DNA of 64,000 bases, from assembly GCA_002633005.1 (NCBI GenBank), contig NMRA01000376.1:296989-360988 (forward strand). The letters are read 5' to 3'. The notes beneath the pieces are model-generated. The model saw only the letters and a program-made list of their open reading frames with translations, did not search any database and was not told the DNA's origin. This document shows, piece after piece, positions 27,701 to 39,882 of this stretch. The translations under genes were made by a program, and so were the position numbers. The DNA is from Phoronis australis (Eukaryota; Animalia; Phoronida). The stretch's first letter is position 1. The number at the start of each line of letters is the position of its first letter.

Positions 27701-29682
27701 CTTGAAACTTTTTTACAAAAACATCTACTCATGCAATGTAGATTAAACCAATGTTTGAGTTAAGAGTTGACTTGGCAAATTTCTGATCAGGTTTCTGCCA
27801 AGACTGTTTTGAAAGAGTGCTATTGCCGTTGATTAAAAGAACTAATTAAAATCTGTAAGTGAAGGAAATGGGAAGCGACTTGGTGATGGTTTGTTGCCCT
27901 GTACTAATTAATGAAGTTTGAATCCCAGTAGAAGCTGCTTCCTTGATGCCTTTGATCGGTCGGCGAAGATGGACAAAACATTGCCGTGACTTGTTTAACA
28001 CGCCTCGGCATTAAAGGATCGGTGTCACCTTTTACTTGTTGGCTTGTTGACACATCATCCCTCAGTTGTCATGGATAAAGTAGCGAGGATGTTCTGGCAT
28101 TAACTTGACCAGTCTTTGATGTCTCACTCTTGTAACAGGTTTCTGTTGAGTTGTTTTAAGTGGGGTGAAGATTGACACTGAGTTGTGTTTGGTCTGTTAT
28201 TGGTCAGCTTGAGCACTGTTTGTGAATCATGTGGTCTGCAGTGAACTCCTCCCACTGTCGTGCTAAACACATTAGGTGAATGAGATCGATTTGTGATATT
28301 GGTTTTTCTGGTGGAAAGTTTAATTATAGTGAAAAACAAGATTATTTTTGTCTCAATGTTTTGTCTCTTTCAGGTTGCAAAATGAGATTTTGTTCTGGAT
28401 TTGTTATTTTGAGTAGAGTAATTCTCCTACTTCAAAAAAATCGACAAAATTTATATTTTTTTATTTTTCAATGGCAAGGTGGCTAAATTTTAGCATTTTG
28501 TTGTGACTTGTGTACAGTGGCTATCACCAGCTATGAAGTAGAATTTTACAGATTTATTTTGTTGAATTATTTGAGAAAAATATAATTCGCTTTTCCGCCA
28601 CAATTTATGCTAAGTTGGTAGTTCTTTGCAGTAATATACCTGCGTGTTGGTTATTGTATGTTATTTAAGCAATTTTGATTAGCCATGTAGTTTGTAATGG
28701 TGCCTTGTATTATCGCTGTAGCTATATATCTTCACAAATACTGCTAATGCATTTGACATATTTTCTGCACACGACAGTGGTGCCACTCAGATTCCAAAGT
28801 CAACTTTACTCTGGCTATAGAATAACATCCTCTTTCTTATTCTTCAGTGTTCTCTTGCTTTTCGCCAATCGCTGCCTTGTAGAACAAAGGCGGGCAATGT
28901 AAAGTGAGAAATGGTTTTCCCAAACTTCATTTCGGCCCACTCATCTGGTTAACATCACGGCCCATCAAATCCCCATCGTTCTGCTTTATTTCCTGCCTCG
29001 AACTGCCCTCCAGCCTTCTCAAATCTTTGAACCTTGACGAAAGTTGAAGAAATCTCGTCGCTGAATACTATTCCAACTGGCTCGGGTTTTAGCGCAACTG
29101 TCTCCGTGTGTCTGGCAATTCGATTGTGGTCCACACCCGTTGGCTGCATGTTCGAGATGTTCTCAGAGTCTTGTACACAAGAATCTCCACTTAGTGGGCC
29201 CATTAAAATTTTGTTATTCGTAAGTTATGAGTGTCAATGTGCATTTTAATTAGACTGAGCATTTCTCTACAAGTGAACTGATTTCATCACCTAACAACAG
29301 GGGGCATTGTCGTTGCACTGCAGTTCTGCACTGTGGGAAGCCTTATGTTTTATGGCTGGACAACAGTTGATTTTTCATTCATTTCTAATCCCATGTAATT
29401 GACTTGATAACCAATCTAATCTAGGTGGCTTCTTCATGATCATAAATCTGCTTGTAGTCTGTTGAAATGATTCTTAGTTGCTGTTGGAGACACCAACACT
29501 AAGAAAGTGAAGAACTCGGTACTGATAGCAAGTATAGTAAAACCTGGCTTATTTGGCACAAAAGTTTTTGCTGAAATTTCCCTTTTTGTTCTTCATGTAA
29601 AGTTGTGGATTCCCCAAAATGTTGTAATGGGGTCATTTCAGCGCAGAACTTGAAAATGGAGAGATGAAATTTCACTTGTTCC

Positions 29683-29757
29683 CATGGGCCGCACAGCACT
29701 GAAAAAAGTGGGGGGGCTATAGCCCGGCCCTCAGCCCCCTATGGTGCGCCGCCCATG
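29683..29757. mobile_element. Short GC-rich element with CATGGGC termini (hAT-like remnant)
   Basis: CATGGGC...GCCCATG inverted ends, internal GGGCTATAGCCC hairpin, GTTCC on both flanks. Confidence 0.45.
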
Positions 29758-30624
29758 GTTCCCCGTGTCACATCTTTAATTAGAAAGATTTTGGGAAACA
29801 ATTCCTGTGGAAATAATGTTTTTGAGAATTGTTCTTAAATAAATCTTATGTCTTTTACTACTTAATGTGGTGACTATTAATTATCATTTATTGTGACTCA
29901 ATATCTATCTGGCCATAGACTGGGTACAAACTACTTAGTAGGATTGTGGGGTGCTTGGCAAGTCTGAGGAACATTTTAATTTGCCTTAATGTGGTACAAG
30001 TACATCTTAATGTGGCTAAACACGCTTCGGTAACGCTTACAGAAGCGTCATGATTACCTTGTTTCAAAATTACCTGTCATGTTATCGTCGTGTAGATTCA
30101 CACTATAAATCGTGCTCTTCATTTTGAATATTTCCCCCGTGTTTTGATTGTCGTTTTTATTAGATACTATATCTACTGCTAATTGGCCAGATAGAGCCAG
30201 TTGATGGGGTAACATGTCTGCCTAATTAATTATCTTGAACAGTAGTCTTGTTCTAAATGTCACCAGCTTTATTCATAAGAGTCATAAAATATCATTGGTA
30301 ATTAGTACATTGATATTGCCAACTTACTACTCTCCTGACACTCAAAAAGGTTAATGGTTTCTTTTGGATTTTCATTACCTGAGAAGAATCTGGTAGTAAA
30401 TAAGTGTACCGCCTTATTTATATATAGGTGTGGTTCTGTAATCTGAAGAACTAATTGATATTAAATAACATATAACTGGTCATTTGACTCGTGTGCTTGC
30501 TCACTTTTCAAGACGTTTTCATTCTCGTATTTGCTCTTATAATTCCATGTGTTCCAATAATAGAACTACTGATAATTTTTCCAATTCTGCTTATAGAACA
30601 GGATGTTTGCATACCAATCACATA

Positions 30625-30862
30625 CAGTAGAGGCCAGAAGTATTCAAGCAAAATGACCCGAAATTCCCTGCCATGATGGCTAGGTGGTTGTCAAGTTCCT
30701 TGTCAGAATAGCGCTCTCTGGTGATGGAGAATGGAGTAGAATTAACCGGAAAGTGAACCATTCCGTAATTAGAATTTTGCTGTCTCAATAATCATTGCCA
30801 GTTATTTGAGCCATGGTGACCGTGAAAGGGGTATTTTGTCTGATTTCATTTGTCAGTTACTG
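30625..30862. mobile_element. Tc1/mariner-like MITE, copy 3 (inverted)
   Basis: TA|CAGTAGAGGCCAGAAGTATTC..AAATGACCC ... TTTGTCTGATT..TACTG|TA matches the reverse complement of copy 2. Confidence 0.7.
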
Positions 30863-32090
30863 TATGTAGATTATCCTTTGCATTGCAAAAGAGCCAATGT
30901 CCTAATTTATCAATGTTTGCGGCAATCTAAAATTGTAGCTGCGCAAATATTCATGTTTTAGAAATTGCTTTCCATTCAGTGATGCAAGTTTTTTTATACT
31001 TTTCTATGTTGTTAGGCCACTGGTATGTTAATGGTGAAATCTCTCCAAATCCGAACAAAAAATAATTGCCAAAATTGATTAGAGGCTTGTCCCTGTGTTG
31101 TGAATGCATGCAGTATCTCAAAATATTGTCCGATGGTAATTACTGGAGTTAAACATGTCAAACCATTTATTTGATACTACTTACCTTTTATGAAAATAAA
31201 ATTTTTAAAAAATGTAATTTCAGTTGTCTGCCATACTATGTCCTAAATTGGTGAAATTTTACTGTGCTGTCATTCAAAAAATATGATCATTCATTCTGTC
31301 TTACTGTAGGTCTAACCAGTGTGCAGGACATCTGTAGTTGTTGTAAAAAATGAACAGGTACAATCTCACCAATTTAGGGCCCAGTATGACAGACAGGTGA
31401 AATTTTATTGTCTCGTTGTTTTCATAGATATATGTAGTGCCAAAACGATGCTTTTCCATATTCAAGTTCTGTACCATAGCTACCCACGGACAATATTTTG
31501 AAAAATTGTTAGTGTCACATACATTTGAACTTGAATGTCTGATATGGAAGCAGAAAAAATTAACAACTTTTTGTGTTAACAAAAGTTTTAGCTATGCAAC
31601 ATTATTTATTATACAAAAAATAAATTTACGCCTAAGTACTTTTTTTGCCTCTCTGTTTCACAATGAGTGTATTGTAACAGAGTGGGTATTTATGCTCTGT
31701 CATGGGACCCATCTGTCTATTTCGTTTGATCTGACTTGTTTTCTTTACACACTTTAGTTATTGGTTAATGTTCCATCACAACCTGCACTGGATTGTCTCT
31801 GTAAAGCACGTGTTGCTATCAGTCATAACAATGCTCAGGTGTCACATTTTTCATAGCTGTGGGAATATGTGATGCACAGTTGCATTGTGATTGTTTTACC
31901 TGTCATACCTATAGCTCTGACCAACAAGCGTGGTAAGAATTCCTCCCCTTTCAATTTCTCGTTGCCGATTTTTTCGACAAAAATTAGTTTGTAGTAAATT
32001 TTTTGTCATTGTTGGCGTGATTTGTTTTGTACAGCTCACTTGAACCGCACATTTGGTAAAAGTTTAAGCATTTGCAGCAATTTAAGTATT

Positions 32091-32142
32091 AAAGCCTTTG
32101 AATTTAGAAAAATGACAAAGCCTTTGAATTTAGAAAAATGAC
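32091..32142. repeat. 26-bp perfect tandem duplication
   Basis: AAAGCCTTTGAATTTAGAAAAATGAC x2. Confidence 0.9.
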
Positions 32143-34198
32143 ACTTTTAGCTGTTATTTATGTCCCCAAAATTGACAGATTTTTAGCCTAGATATATTTG
32201 GATTTGTTTCTTTACTTTGATGTCATTTGAATTTCAACAAGTGCCAAGATTAATAACTAAAATTAAATCTTATTTGTATTGTGACAAAAGAATTACTGGT
32301 ATTGTTTTTCATTTGAAAAAATGAAATAATTTAGTGGCAAAATTGAGCATGTCCCTACAATTAAAAGCTGAATAATAAAATATTTTGCCTTCCAGGTAAC
32401 CTTCTGGAAGGAGTGGAAGTATGAGAGTTAAGCTTATGTAGTGCCCTAGAAAAATGTCCAAATTTGGCTCATTACAGAACATCATATTTCACAAATGGCT
32501 GAGCGGATTCATACAAAACTTTCAGATACCACTCTTTATGCACTGTTTTCTAAGATGCTCTTACAAATTGTTTTTTCTATGTTCCACTTTTTAATGACTG
32601 GTTTATTTTTATGAATTTCATTAAAAAATCAACATCTGCATGAAACAAAAACGAAATGATGATTTAGCATTTTGAGATTTCATCTTGAATATTTGTCTAA
32701 CAGAAATTTGGTCCTACTTTCAGAAAATGTGCACTTTTGCTGAGTTAAAATTTATAGTTTTGTGGACAGTTGGTTAAATTCGCAGACTTGTTAATGGTGT
32801 CCTACATGACTTTAAAGGAAGCAAACATACTTTGTTGGCTGTTGTCTTTATCCTTCCACATTAGTGTAATGCTACATGCAGCACAATTTATGAAAACTTG
32901 TTTTGATTCATGTTTTGGGTGGAACCTTTGTTTAGTTTTGTTTTTTAATCCTACAAGTTAACATTCCTAACTACACGTGATAAGACCATGAGCGGAGTGG
33001 TGTTCACTGATTACTTCAACTGGAAGAGTCCGTGTATTCCAGTTTGAAGTTTGGTATTTCAGCTTGACTTTAACACCATTGCATGGGACTTTATATTAAA
33101 GTTGTGCAAAATGACCCACCTTGTAAGTGTAAACTGTTATCCTGTGCCCTAATATTGAAACATTCTTCATTTGTTCTGTTTCAGATTTCCAAGGTCTCCG
33201 CAACATTGATGGATGAAAGTTTACCAGGTTTCGGGTGTATCTCCAGTGCCTCACCCCTCCTTGTTACACAAGTTTACCAGCTTTGATCCCACCGTGTTAT
33301 ACAAGACACAGGACCTAGTGGAAGGGGCATTTTAATTGTCATTAAATATGGGATTATGTATGCAGTTTTGTGACCTCGTTGTATTTAGATTTGTGTGCCT
33401 TTGTAATGTATATGTGTATTAAATTCTCAATAAAACCTGTCCTAAAGGTGAACCTGCCTACTTTTTGTTCAGCTGAGGGCATACAAAGAAGATTGATGTG
33501 AATTTTCCACTTAATAACAAAATAATTGCCAAAGGTGTCATTTTCCATTTTTAAAAGCGCATTACTTTGTTGCAGATAATAGAAAATTTATCAAAAATTG
33601 TTTTATGACATCTACAAGGAACAAACCATGCTAGCAATAAAATTTTCTTAAGTCTTTGTTTTGGTGAAGAAAATTGACAAAGTAGAATTTCACTTTCTGG
33701 CCACATTGTGTGCTAAATAACTACCACATTGTATGACATTCCGTTCCCCTCCACAAACTCACATTCCTTTAGAATAAATCTTAAAAGTGTTCTAAACCTG
33801 CACTTGGTCTGTTAGCAAGTACCATCTACCACTTGTTAATTTAAATCTTTAGTGATGTAATCCTATGTTAACGTTGTCAGTCCTCAAAAGTTTGGAGCAA
33901 GCTTGAAAATTCCTTACAAAGTTTGCCATATCCACAACCATGACCAATGCTTTAGGCGAGTTGTATACGACAACAGTGGGTAAAGACAGTCTACTTCAAA
34001 ACACAAAATACAATTGATGATACATTGGGAGAATGTCTTATTTGAATAATGCTTCTATAGCTTTGGGAGGTACTGATAATGCATCAATAGGTAACAAAAA
34101 ACGAGCTTTTGGAGAACATTCCAAAAACGGTTAAAATCATAAATTTGATCATATTTTTCAACCAAAAAACCCTATGGATATTTATTTCTTGTATTCAG

Positions 34199-34371
34199 AT
34201 TTTGCTATTCATGCTGGTTCTCGTATGAATTCTTCATGGTTTTCGAAAAACTCTGTTACAGTGCACGTTTCAAAGAATTCAGACCTAAGCATGGGAATTC
34301 CTTGGTTGGTCAATCCAGTCAAAACAATAACAGATGTCGTCATTGATGACGTATTCGAAACTGAGCCGTGA
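34199..34371 (+). CDS. Candidate terminal exon of an unidentified plus-strand gene
   Basis: Acceptor tttatttcttgtattcag, phase 1, open to TGA (DFAIHAGSRMNSSWFSKNSVTVHVSKNSDLSMGIPWLVNPVKTITDVVIDDVFETEP). AATAAA at 34582-34587 with a downstream T-rich tract. Sits at the CpG transition. Confidence 0.38.
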
Positions 34372-36989
34372 ACAGCTTGTTTCAGTATATGAAACAACGG
34401 TTGTTGTGGACAATTGAAATGATAAAGAAGATTATGTTAATTGACTTTGATTTAAAACTAGGCGATCCAGTTAAAGTATAAGTGCTAACTTTCTTGTGTG
34501 TCGTAGGTTTTAAAAGTGAAGAAATACATTTCATTTCGGTAAGTGTTTTGTTAAATACGCAGACGGGTCATGATGAAAGTAAATAAAAATGGCATCAGCC
34601 TGTTCATTTTTGTTTCCGAGGTTTGTCCATTGAAAATTGTGGTCGGGCCCCACCTCGGGGGTGAAATATTCGTGAGCATATCAAAGAATGTGTTTTACAT
34701 TTGTCCTATCGTGGTTTATTCATCGCCCTCATGTCTATATCATTAAAAAAAATCCAACGATTTGTCACTAGAGAACGAGACGTCTCGAAAACCTTTGAGA
34801 TAAATCGACTAAAGTTGATAAGCTATCATTTCTTATAGTGCCTATTAGTGAAACGTCCAGTGAAGAGAATTTGGATTTGTTTGTACCTTTTCTTTCATTC
34901 GCTATCTTTTTAACCTTGAGATATGTTTTGAGAGGTCTTTATTTTTGTAAGTACGGTTTGTTCAATTCTGAATTGCCCTGTGTTTGTGTTTGTGTTTTAT
35001 TTCACAGTCACTGCTACTGAAAACTATTCATATTGACAGGTTTCTAGGTCACTATGTGTTTAATTCTGAACAAAGGTGACTATCCGGTTTCAAATCAATA
35101 AACGATAATCTGTGATTATCTACTGGGATATGGAAATAATATTTTACTTTTGATTTTCCCTTTTTTAACCTCAGCGAACTTAATGCAAGCCGATTAAATA
35201 TTCCTTTGATCAACTGCATGCCAGCTGCCCAGCTTAGTTGAGAGGGTCTAATATCAATAAAAAAGAATTTGATAGTTTGTGAAATAACTTTTCTCTTCAT
35301 GTTAATGAATTGGCTGTTGATAGATAAATATAAACTCTAAAGTGTAATGAGATATCAAGGGATGTTTCTTAGGGTGGTCGCTGAGTTCTCTCACAATTTT
35401 ACCAACTTAAAAGTTGTCTTAAAATGTCTCTAAACCATCGTTACTTTGGTGGCTAAAGTTGAAATTGTTCATTGACCGTTGTCTTAAATTTCACCAAGAT
35501 AGTCAAAATATTTCTTTTGAAGTGCTTATTAAAATGACTAAACTTTGTTTGTAATTGCTTATGAAATGATATGGCAAGTTCTTGAGGTTCTAATTTTTAT
35601 CAGCGGTTTGCAATCTATTTTTCTTGTAAACACTTCCAAAGTTAATGACATTTCAGCAGCTAATACTGTTAATTAGATGCAACAAATCTCAGCCTTCTGT
35701 CAAAAAACAACTTTTGATTTAGGCTTCTGTTTTAAATCGGCCTGTCTTGTTACTCAGATTAAACACAATTTCAGCGTTGAGAAAAACTGGCGGTTATTAA
35801 TGCTTCAGACCAGTTGCTTGTCACGGCGGATTGGTTTCGATCGCGAACGCTGTATGACCATAAGGAATTTTCTTCGCAATAGACTTTTGTTGAAATGTGG
35901 AGGAATGAAGGTTTTTGTCTCACTTCTGTTGACATCCCGGTTCTAACCTGTTACTGTGTAGTGGGAATGCAACTGAAGATTCTAAGACATCGTGCTGGTT
36001 TTCCACGTGCACGGCTCCTTATAGACGTGCGAGGTTGCGTAACAAGATGATAATTTTGTCCCAACTTCCCTTGCTATGTTGGAAACTGGCAAGTGTTCAA
36101 TTTTTTGTAACCAGTTTGTATTCAAAAAAGGATAGTAACGCGATCATGACGTGGATTTGGAAGAGCGAATATCACTGTAAAGAAATTTAGGTTATTGCGA
36201 CTTTAATCCAGTGGAAACATAACTACAAGCTAAAACTACAGTAAAATAGATCAGTAGTGTAACTTTCCTGGTGGTTGACCACGTTTCTGTAAAAGAATTA
36301 AATCAGTATGTCCATTTCTTGTTGGTTTGCCCCAGGCATTCCTGTGAATTTGCAATAATTCTCGTCTTAGTCCGACTAGTGCCAGGCTTGCGATTACATG
36401 TGCGATCTATTGGCGAGACATAGCCTGCGGCTATTGCCGTATTTTTGTTCTTGCTATTAATTTGGAAACCCAAGACAAGAGGAAAAGTTCAAAAACCAAT
36501 GGAGGCGAAAGGCAATTTGTTTTGGTACGAGGAGGCAGTGAACTTTATTTGACCCATTGGGATCAGTTAATATTAGCTAACTGTGATGTGCCTTTACGTT
36601 TTTGGACATGAGAAAAAGGGGAACCAACCCGCGCTGGTTTTTCGAGTGACGTGGACTGACGTAAATGTGAAGTATACTGCGTGACGTTGGGCGCCTTAGG
36701 CGTCTTTTGAAATAAATTCTGTATGCTAATGATTTGAAAATTAATTGTTCTGATGAAAGGCACGCGGCGTTCACTGATGCGTGCTCGCACGTGAGGTCAC
36801 GACAGATCTGTCGCAGCTGTGGGACTTTTCAGTGTTGACCAAGGTGATTTCTAGGGAAAAGGTTATAAATTAATGAGTCCAAAACAATTTGATGATGATC
36901 GTCATGTGTGTACTATCCTCTATTCAAAACAAAAACACGCGTTTAAGTATTTATTTAAATAAATAAATAAATATTAGTCCCATGTAGCT

Positions 36990-37328
36990 TTCACATTCGG
37001 CTGTGTTCAGTTGGCAAGTACGAAAATCGAATTGGTGTTCTACTCTCACAAAATCGGTCTCATAATAATCCTTACCGTGATAGGATTCTATTCCCGTTAC
37101 CAACAATAACATCGAAAACACTAGCGATGCGTGACAGACTTTCTTGTGATCAGCCAGCCCTAAAATTGTCGAAATTCGAAAATGGTGCATTCTCTGTTAA
37201 TTGAATTGGTAGAGGAAATGGAATCATATCACGGTAAGGAATATGAGACCAAAATTTTGAGAGAACAAATTTAAAGACCTAGGTCGATGTTCGTTTTAGC
37301 AAGCTAGCAGCGCGAAATCCTGCTTTAA
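36990..37328. mobile_element. Foldback non-autonomous element ending at TTAA (Kolobok-like)
   Basis: CTCTCACAAAATCGGTCTCATA..TCCTTACCGTGATAGGATTC pairs with GAATCATATCACGGTAAGGAATATGAGACCAAAATTTTGAGAG. The right end is CT-TTAA. A second copy starts at 63893. Confidence 0.65.
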
Positions 37329-37696
37329 ATTCACAAGTTATTGAGTAGTGAAAATTCTTCACATTAGAGCCTTTGTAGATTTTGTGTTGCAGTTTTCAGA
37401 TATCGTTCTGTCCGTTTTCTCTGCATGAAGGATGAGGGAAACCAGATAACCGCTAAAGTATCTGCCCAGTTCACCCTACCAATGTCTTATTCGGAGACTG
37501 GTTTTACGCCAGTTACCCAAAATAACTACATATTACCCGGTACTGCTGCGACTGTTGTATTTGTTTTAGATAGGGTTGTCGCTGAAAAGGGTAACATTCA
37601 GTTGAATTGACCGTTTATTCCTCCAAGGTAGTTACTGCAACAATAGAGTTCAAAATTAAATATTCCTAGACTTCAATCTCTCATGTTCAATGGGCT

Positions 37697-38000
37697 TTAA
37701 ACTTGGCTTTGAGACTATTTACCGCTATAAACCTGGTCTCAACCCGTTTCTAACTCAGATGAGACGTGATTTGGGGTTTGCAAAGAATTGACAGTTCGTT
37801 ATTCGAGACCATGCTCTGCGCATCAAATGACACGCCGTGACAAGGCAACTTATAGAGCCTGGTCTCAACCAATAACGAACTACAGTTCTTTCGAAATCAC
37901 CTCCAATTTGTAGAAACCAATCTCATAACGGAAAGTGATGTGAATCTAAGGTTTGTTTTTTGTGATGGAAAGTGGGTTCATATAGCCGCGTTAACTGGAC
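37697..38000. repeat. Dispersed repeat, copy just downstream of Irx; second copy in Irx intron 4
   Basis: Shares GCGCA..AAATG(A/T)CACGCCGTGACAA..TAGAGCCT..TCTCATAAC with 50877-51145 in the same orientation. Confidence 0.7.
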
Positions 38001-38474
38001 CCGGGTTGAACCATATGCTACATACAGACTCCCTTATGAAATATACGAAATATACATTTGAAAACAACATTTTATCAAATTTTCTCTCCTCAATCCTTCA
38101 AACTGTTATAACTGACTACATACACATTTATGCCGTTTGAAAACAATACATTTTCATGAGAATTGAAAATTCCGTTGTTAAGAACGAAACTGGGTGGCTT
38201 CGGAGTCCAACCACCGACCTCATCAAGGTAATGTAAGTTTTGGTTTAACACGTGACGACTTAAAGAGTAAACTCGAGTTATTTGAGAGCTTGAATTACTT
38301 TTGGTGACAAACAAGAAATAAGCAATCAACCCCATTAGAAATGCGCACGTGTCCTGATGCGATAACTACACTACTTGTGAGCCCATTACGTGCACAGGTA
38401 ACCTCAACTCAGTCGCTCAGTGCCGACGCTTCTGTCTTACCACGAAATTATTTAATGACATAAATAATATACAC

Positions 38475-38480
38475 TTTATT
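38475..38480 (-). terminator. Probable Irx polyadenylation signal (AATAAA)
   Basis: Plus-strand tttatt, preceded on the minus strand by AU-rich UTR-like sequence with TGTA motifs, including TGTAAATA (Pumilio-type element) at 38597-38604. Confidence 0.55.
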
Positions 38481-39178
38481 AACAACCATTTCATACTTTG
38501 TACAGACAGATAGCGTAACATCTCTATACAAATCTTGCTATCAAATGTTCTGGTCGGCGAGACAGATGCTTTCTGGTTTTCTATTGTGTCCAAGAATATT
38601 TACAAGAAAAATTTAAAGATACTCTTTCCACTTTATTTTAGTTTAAAACTTCAAATAAATTGAATTTAAACACAGCAGTCAAAACGTCTTCACGAATGAT
38701 CCTCTTTCAGTATGATTTCTTCACACTTGAATCAAACATAATTTAATTTTTGTTATTTAAGTTAAAATGTTGAATTTATGGTCGTGTATGTGTAAATTGA
38801 CAGTCACAACAGCAGTGAGCATCTCTATGACTTACTGTGAGTGAAAAACGCAAACTGGTCGAATCTAGGGAAGGAGTATCTTTAAGGACGTTTTTGAAAC
38901 ACACAGACCAATATAACTTATTTAGCGCCAAATGTACAAATTGTCATAGAACGTCCGTGAAAGTCTTTCGGTCGCTGGTTCTAGATTCCTTCAAGTGGTG
39001 AAGCGATGAAATACGATAAATAAAACAACACTTGTGTCAGTACTACTTCTGTGAACAGCTCTGTTGTTTTTGCCGTTGTTACAAGATCTGTAACAGCGAA
39101 AAATCTTGTCTTACAAGATTGATGCGTGAAGGCACATGGTGTCAAAACAATAAACGATGCGCAAGACATGACGTTATC

Positions 39179-39239
39179 TCACAAATGTAGGCAACAATTC
39201 GTCTCATTTGAGGTGCCTCGAAGAAGTATGGACGGCGAT
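39179..39239 (-). CDS. Irx: Candidate Irx last exon, coding part when exon 7 is skipped (RSPSILLRGTSNETNCCLHL-stop)
   Basis: Acceptor agttttaatag at 39240-39241 (modest). The frame is open to TGA at 39179-39181 in the exon 6 phase and is followed by UTR-like sequence to the poly(A) signal. Confidence 0.4.
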
Positions 39240-39407
39240 CTATTAAAACTTATTCCATTGATTCCAATTTTGTACATGCATTTTTGCAGTTGTTGTCAAA
39301 GTGCTGAATCCACTGTACCCAGTATTTTGTTATATTAGATTTCATTGACAGTTGGATTACGGAATAGCTATTATATGCACAGGTTAAATTTTTAATTTGA
39401 AACTCAC

Positions 39408-39462
39408 CTGTATTTGGCCCAAGCGCCCCACTTGTCATACAGGTATTTTCTCGTGAATAAAA
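39408..39462 (-). CDS. Irx: Candidate Irx exon 7 (55 nt; SFIHEKIPV-stop, then UTR)
   Basis: Acceptor cgatttgtttcag and consensus donor CAG|GTGAGT. In the exon 6 frame a TGA occurs 27 nt before the donor. Confidence 0.5.
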
Positions 39463-39797
39463 CTGAAACAAATCGGGATAAATGAGTCAGCAATTTAGTC
39501 TATGTTTTTGCCTATTCCGATACAACAAGACGATCGATTACGGGCAAGTTCTAATAATAACCGATGTGTTTAAGCTGGGATTGTTGTCTTCCTGAAACCG
39601 CTTTGTGGTAGTGTTGTCGTAACGTTATGTCTAAAATTCCTAGGTCTATTTACAGCAACCTCTAGCCTATTTACATTTGCACGACGTTTCGGTTGGTCAT
39701 TTGCAGGTCATCTTCAGGTGTTACAGCGTTCTTAGAACAAATAGCACGGGTGTATGTCAAACTCAAGGTTCTCGTTGAATAGAATTTAAGTACGTAC

Positions 39798-39882
39798 CTG
39801 TTGTTGTTGAGGGGTCTAAATGCAGTACTCAAACGAGTGTCATTTGTTCCACTGCTCAGAATATCTGGTCCTAGCTGTTCAT
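39798..39882 (-). CDS. Irx: Irx coding exon 6 (NEQLGPDILSSGTNDTRLSTAFRPLNNN)
   Basis: Acceptor gcatttgttctttcag, donor AG|GTACGT; 85 nt, phase 1-2, matching the exon 5 donor. TAFRP resembles the (S/T)AF(Q/K)PV motif near vertebrate Irx C-termini. Confidence 0.75.

Noticed and set aside
27880-27930. B-box-like GTTTGAATCCC suggesting a tRNA or SINE (also A-box-like strings near 53927 and 60999)
   Set aside because: No cloverleaf and no correctly spaced A and B box pair could be built.
33185-33286. Good plus-strand acceptor with short open frames (DFQGLRNIDG-stop or ISKVSATLMDESLP)
   Set aside because: Could be an alternative exon of the candidate gene, but the donor is weak and there is no independent support.
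1-38400. Search for Sowah ankyrin-repeat exons expected near Irx
   Set aside because: No TALHWAAK/TPLHLAA-type ankyrin motifs were seen in the ORF track or candidate exons. Very short exons could have been missed by eye.
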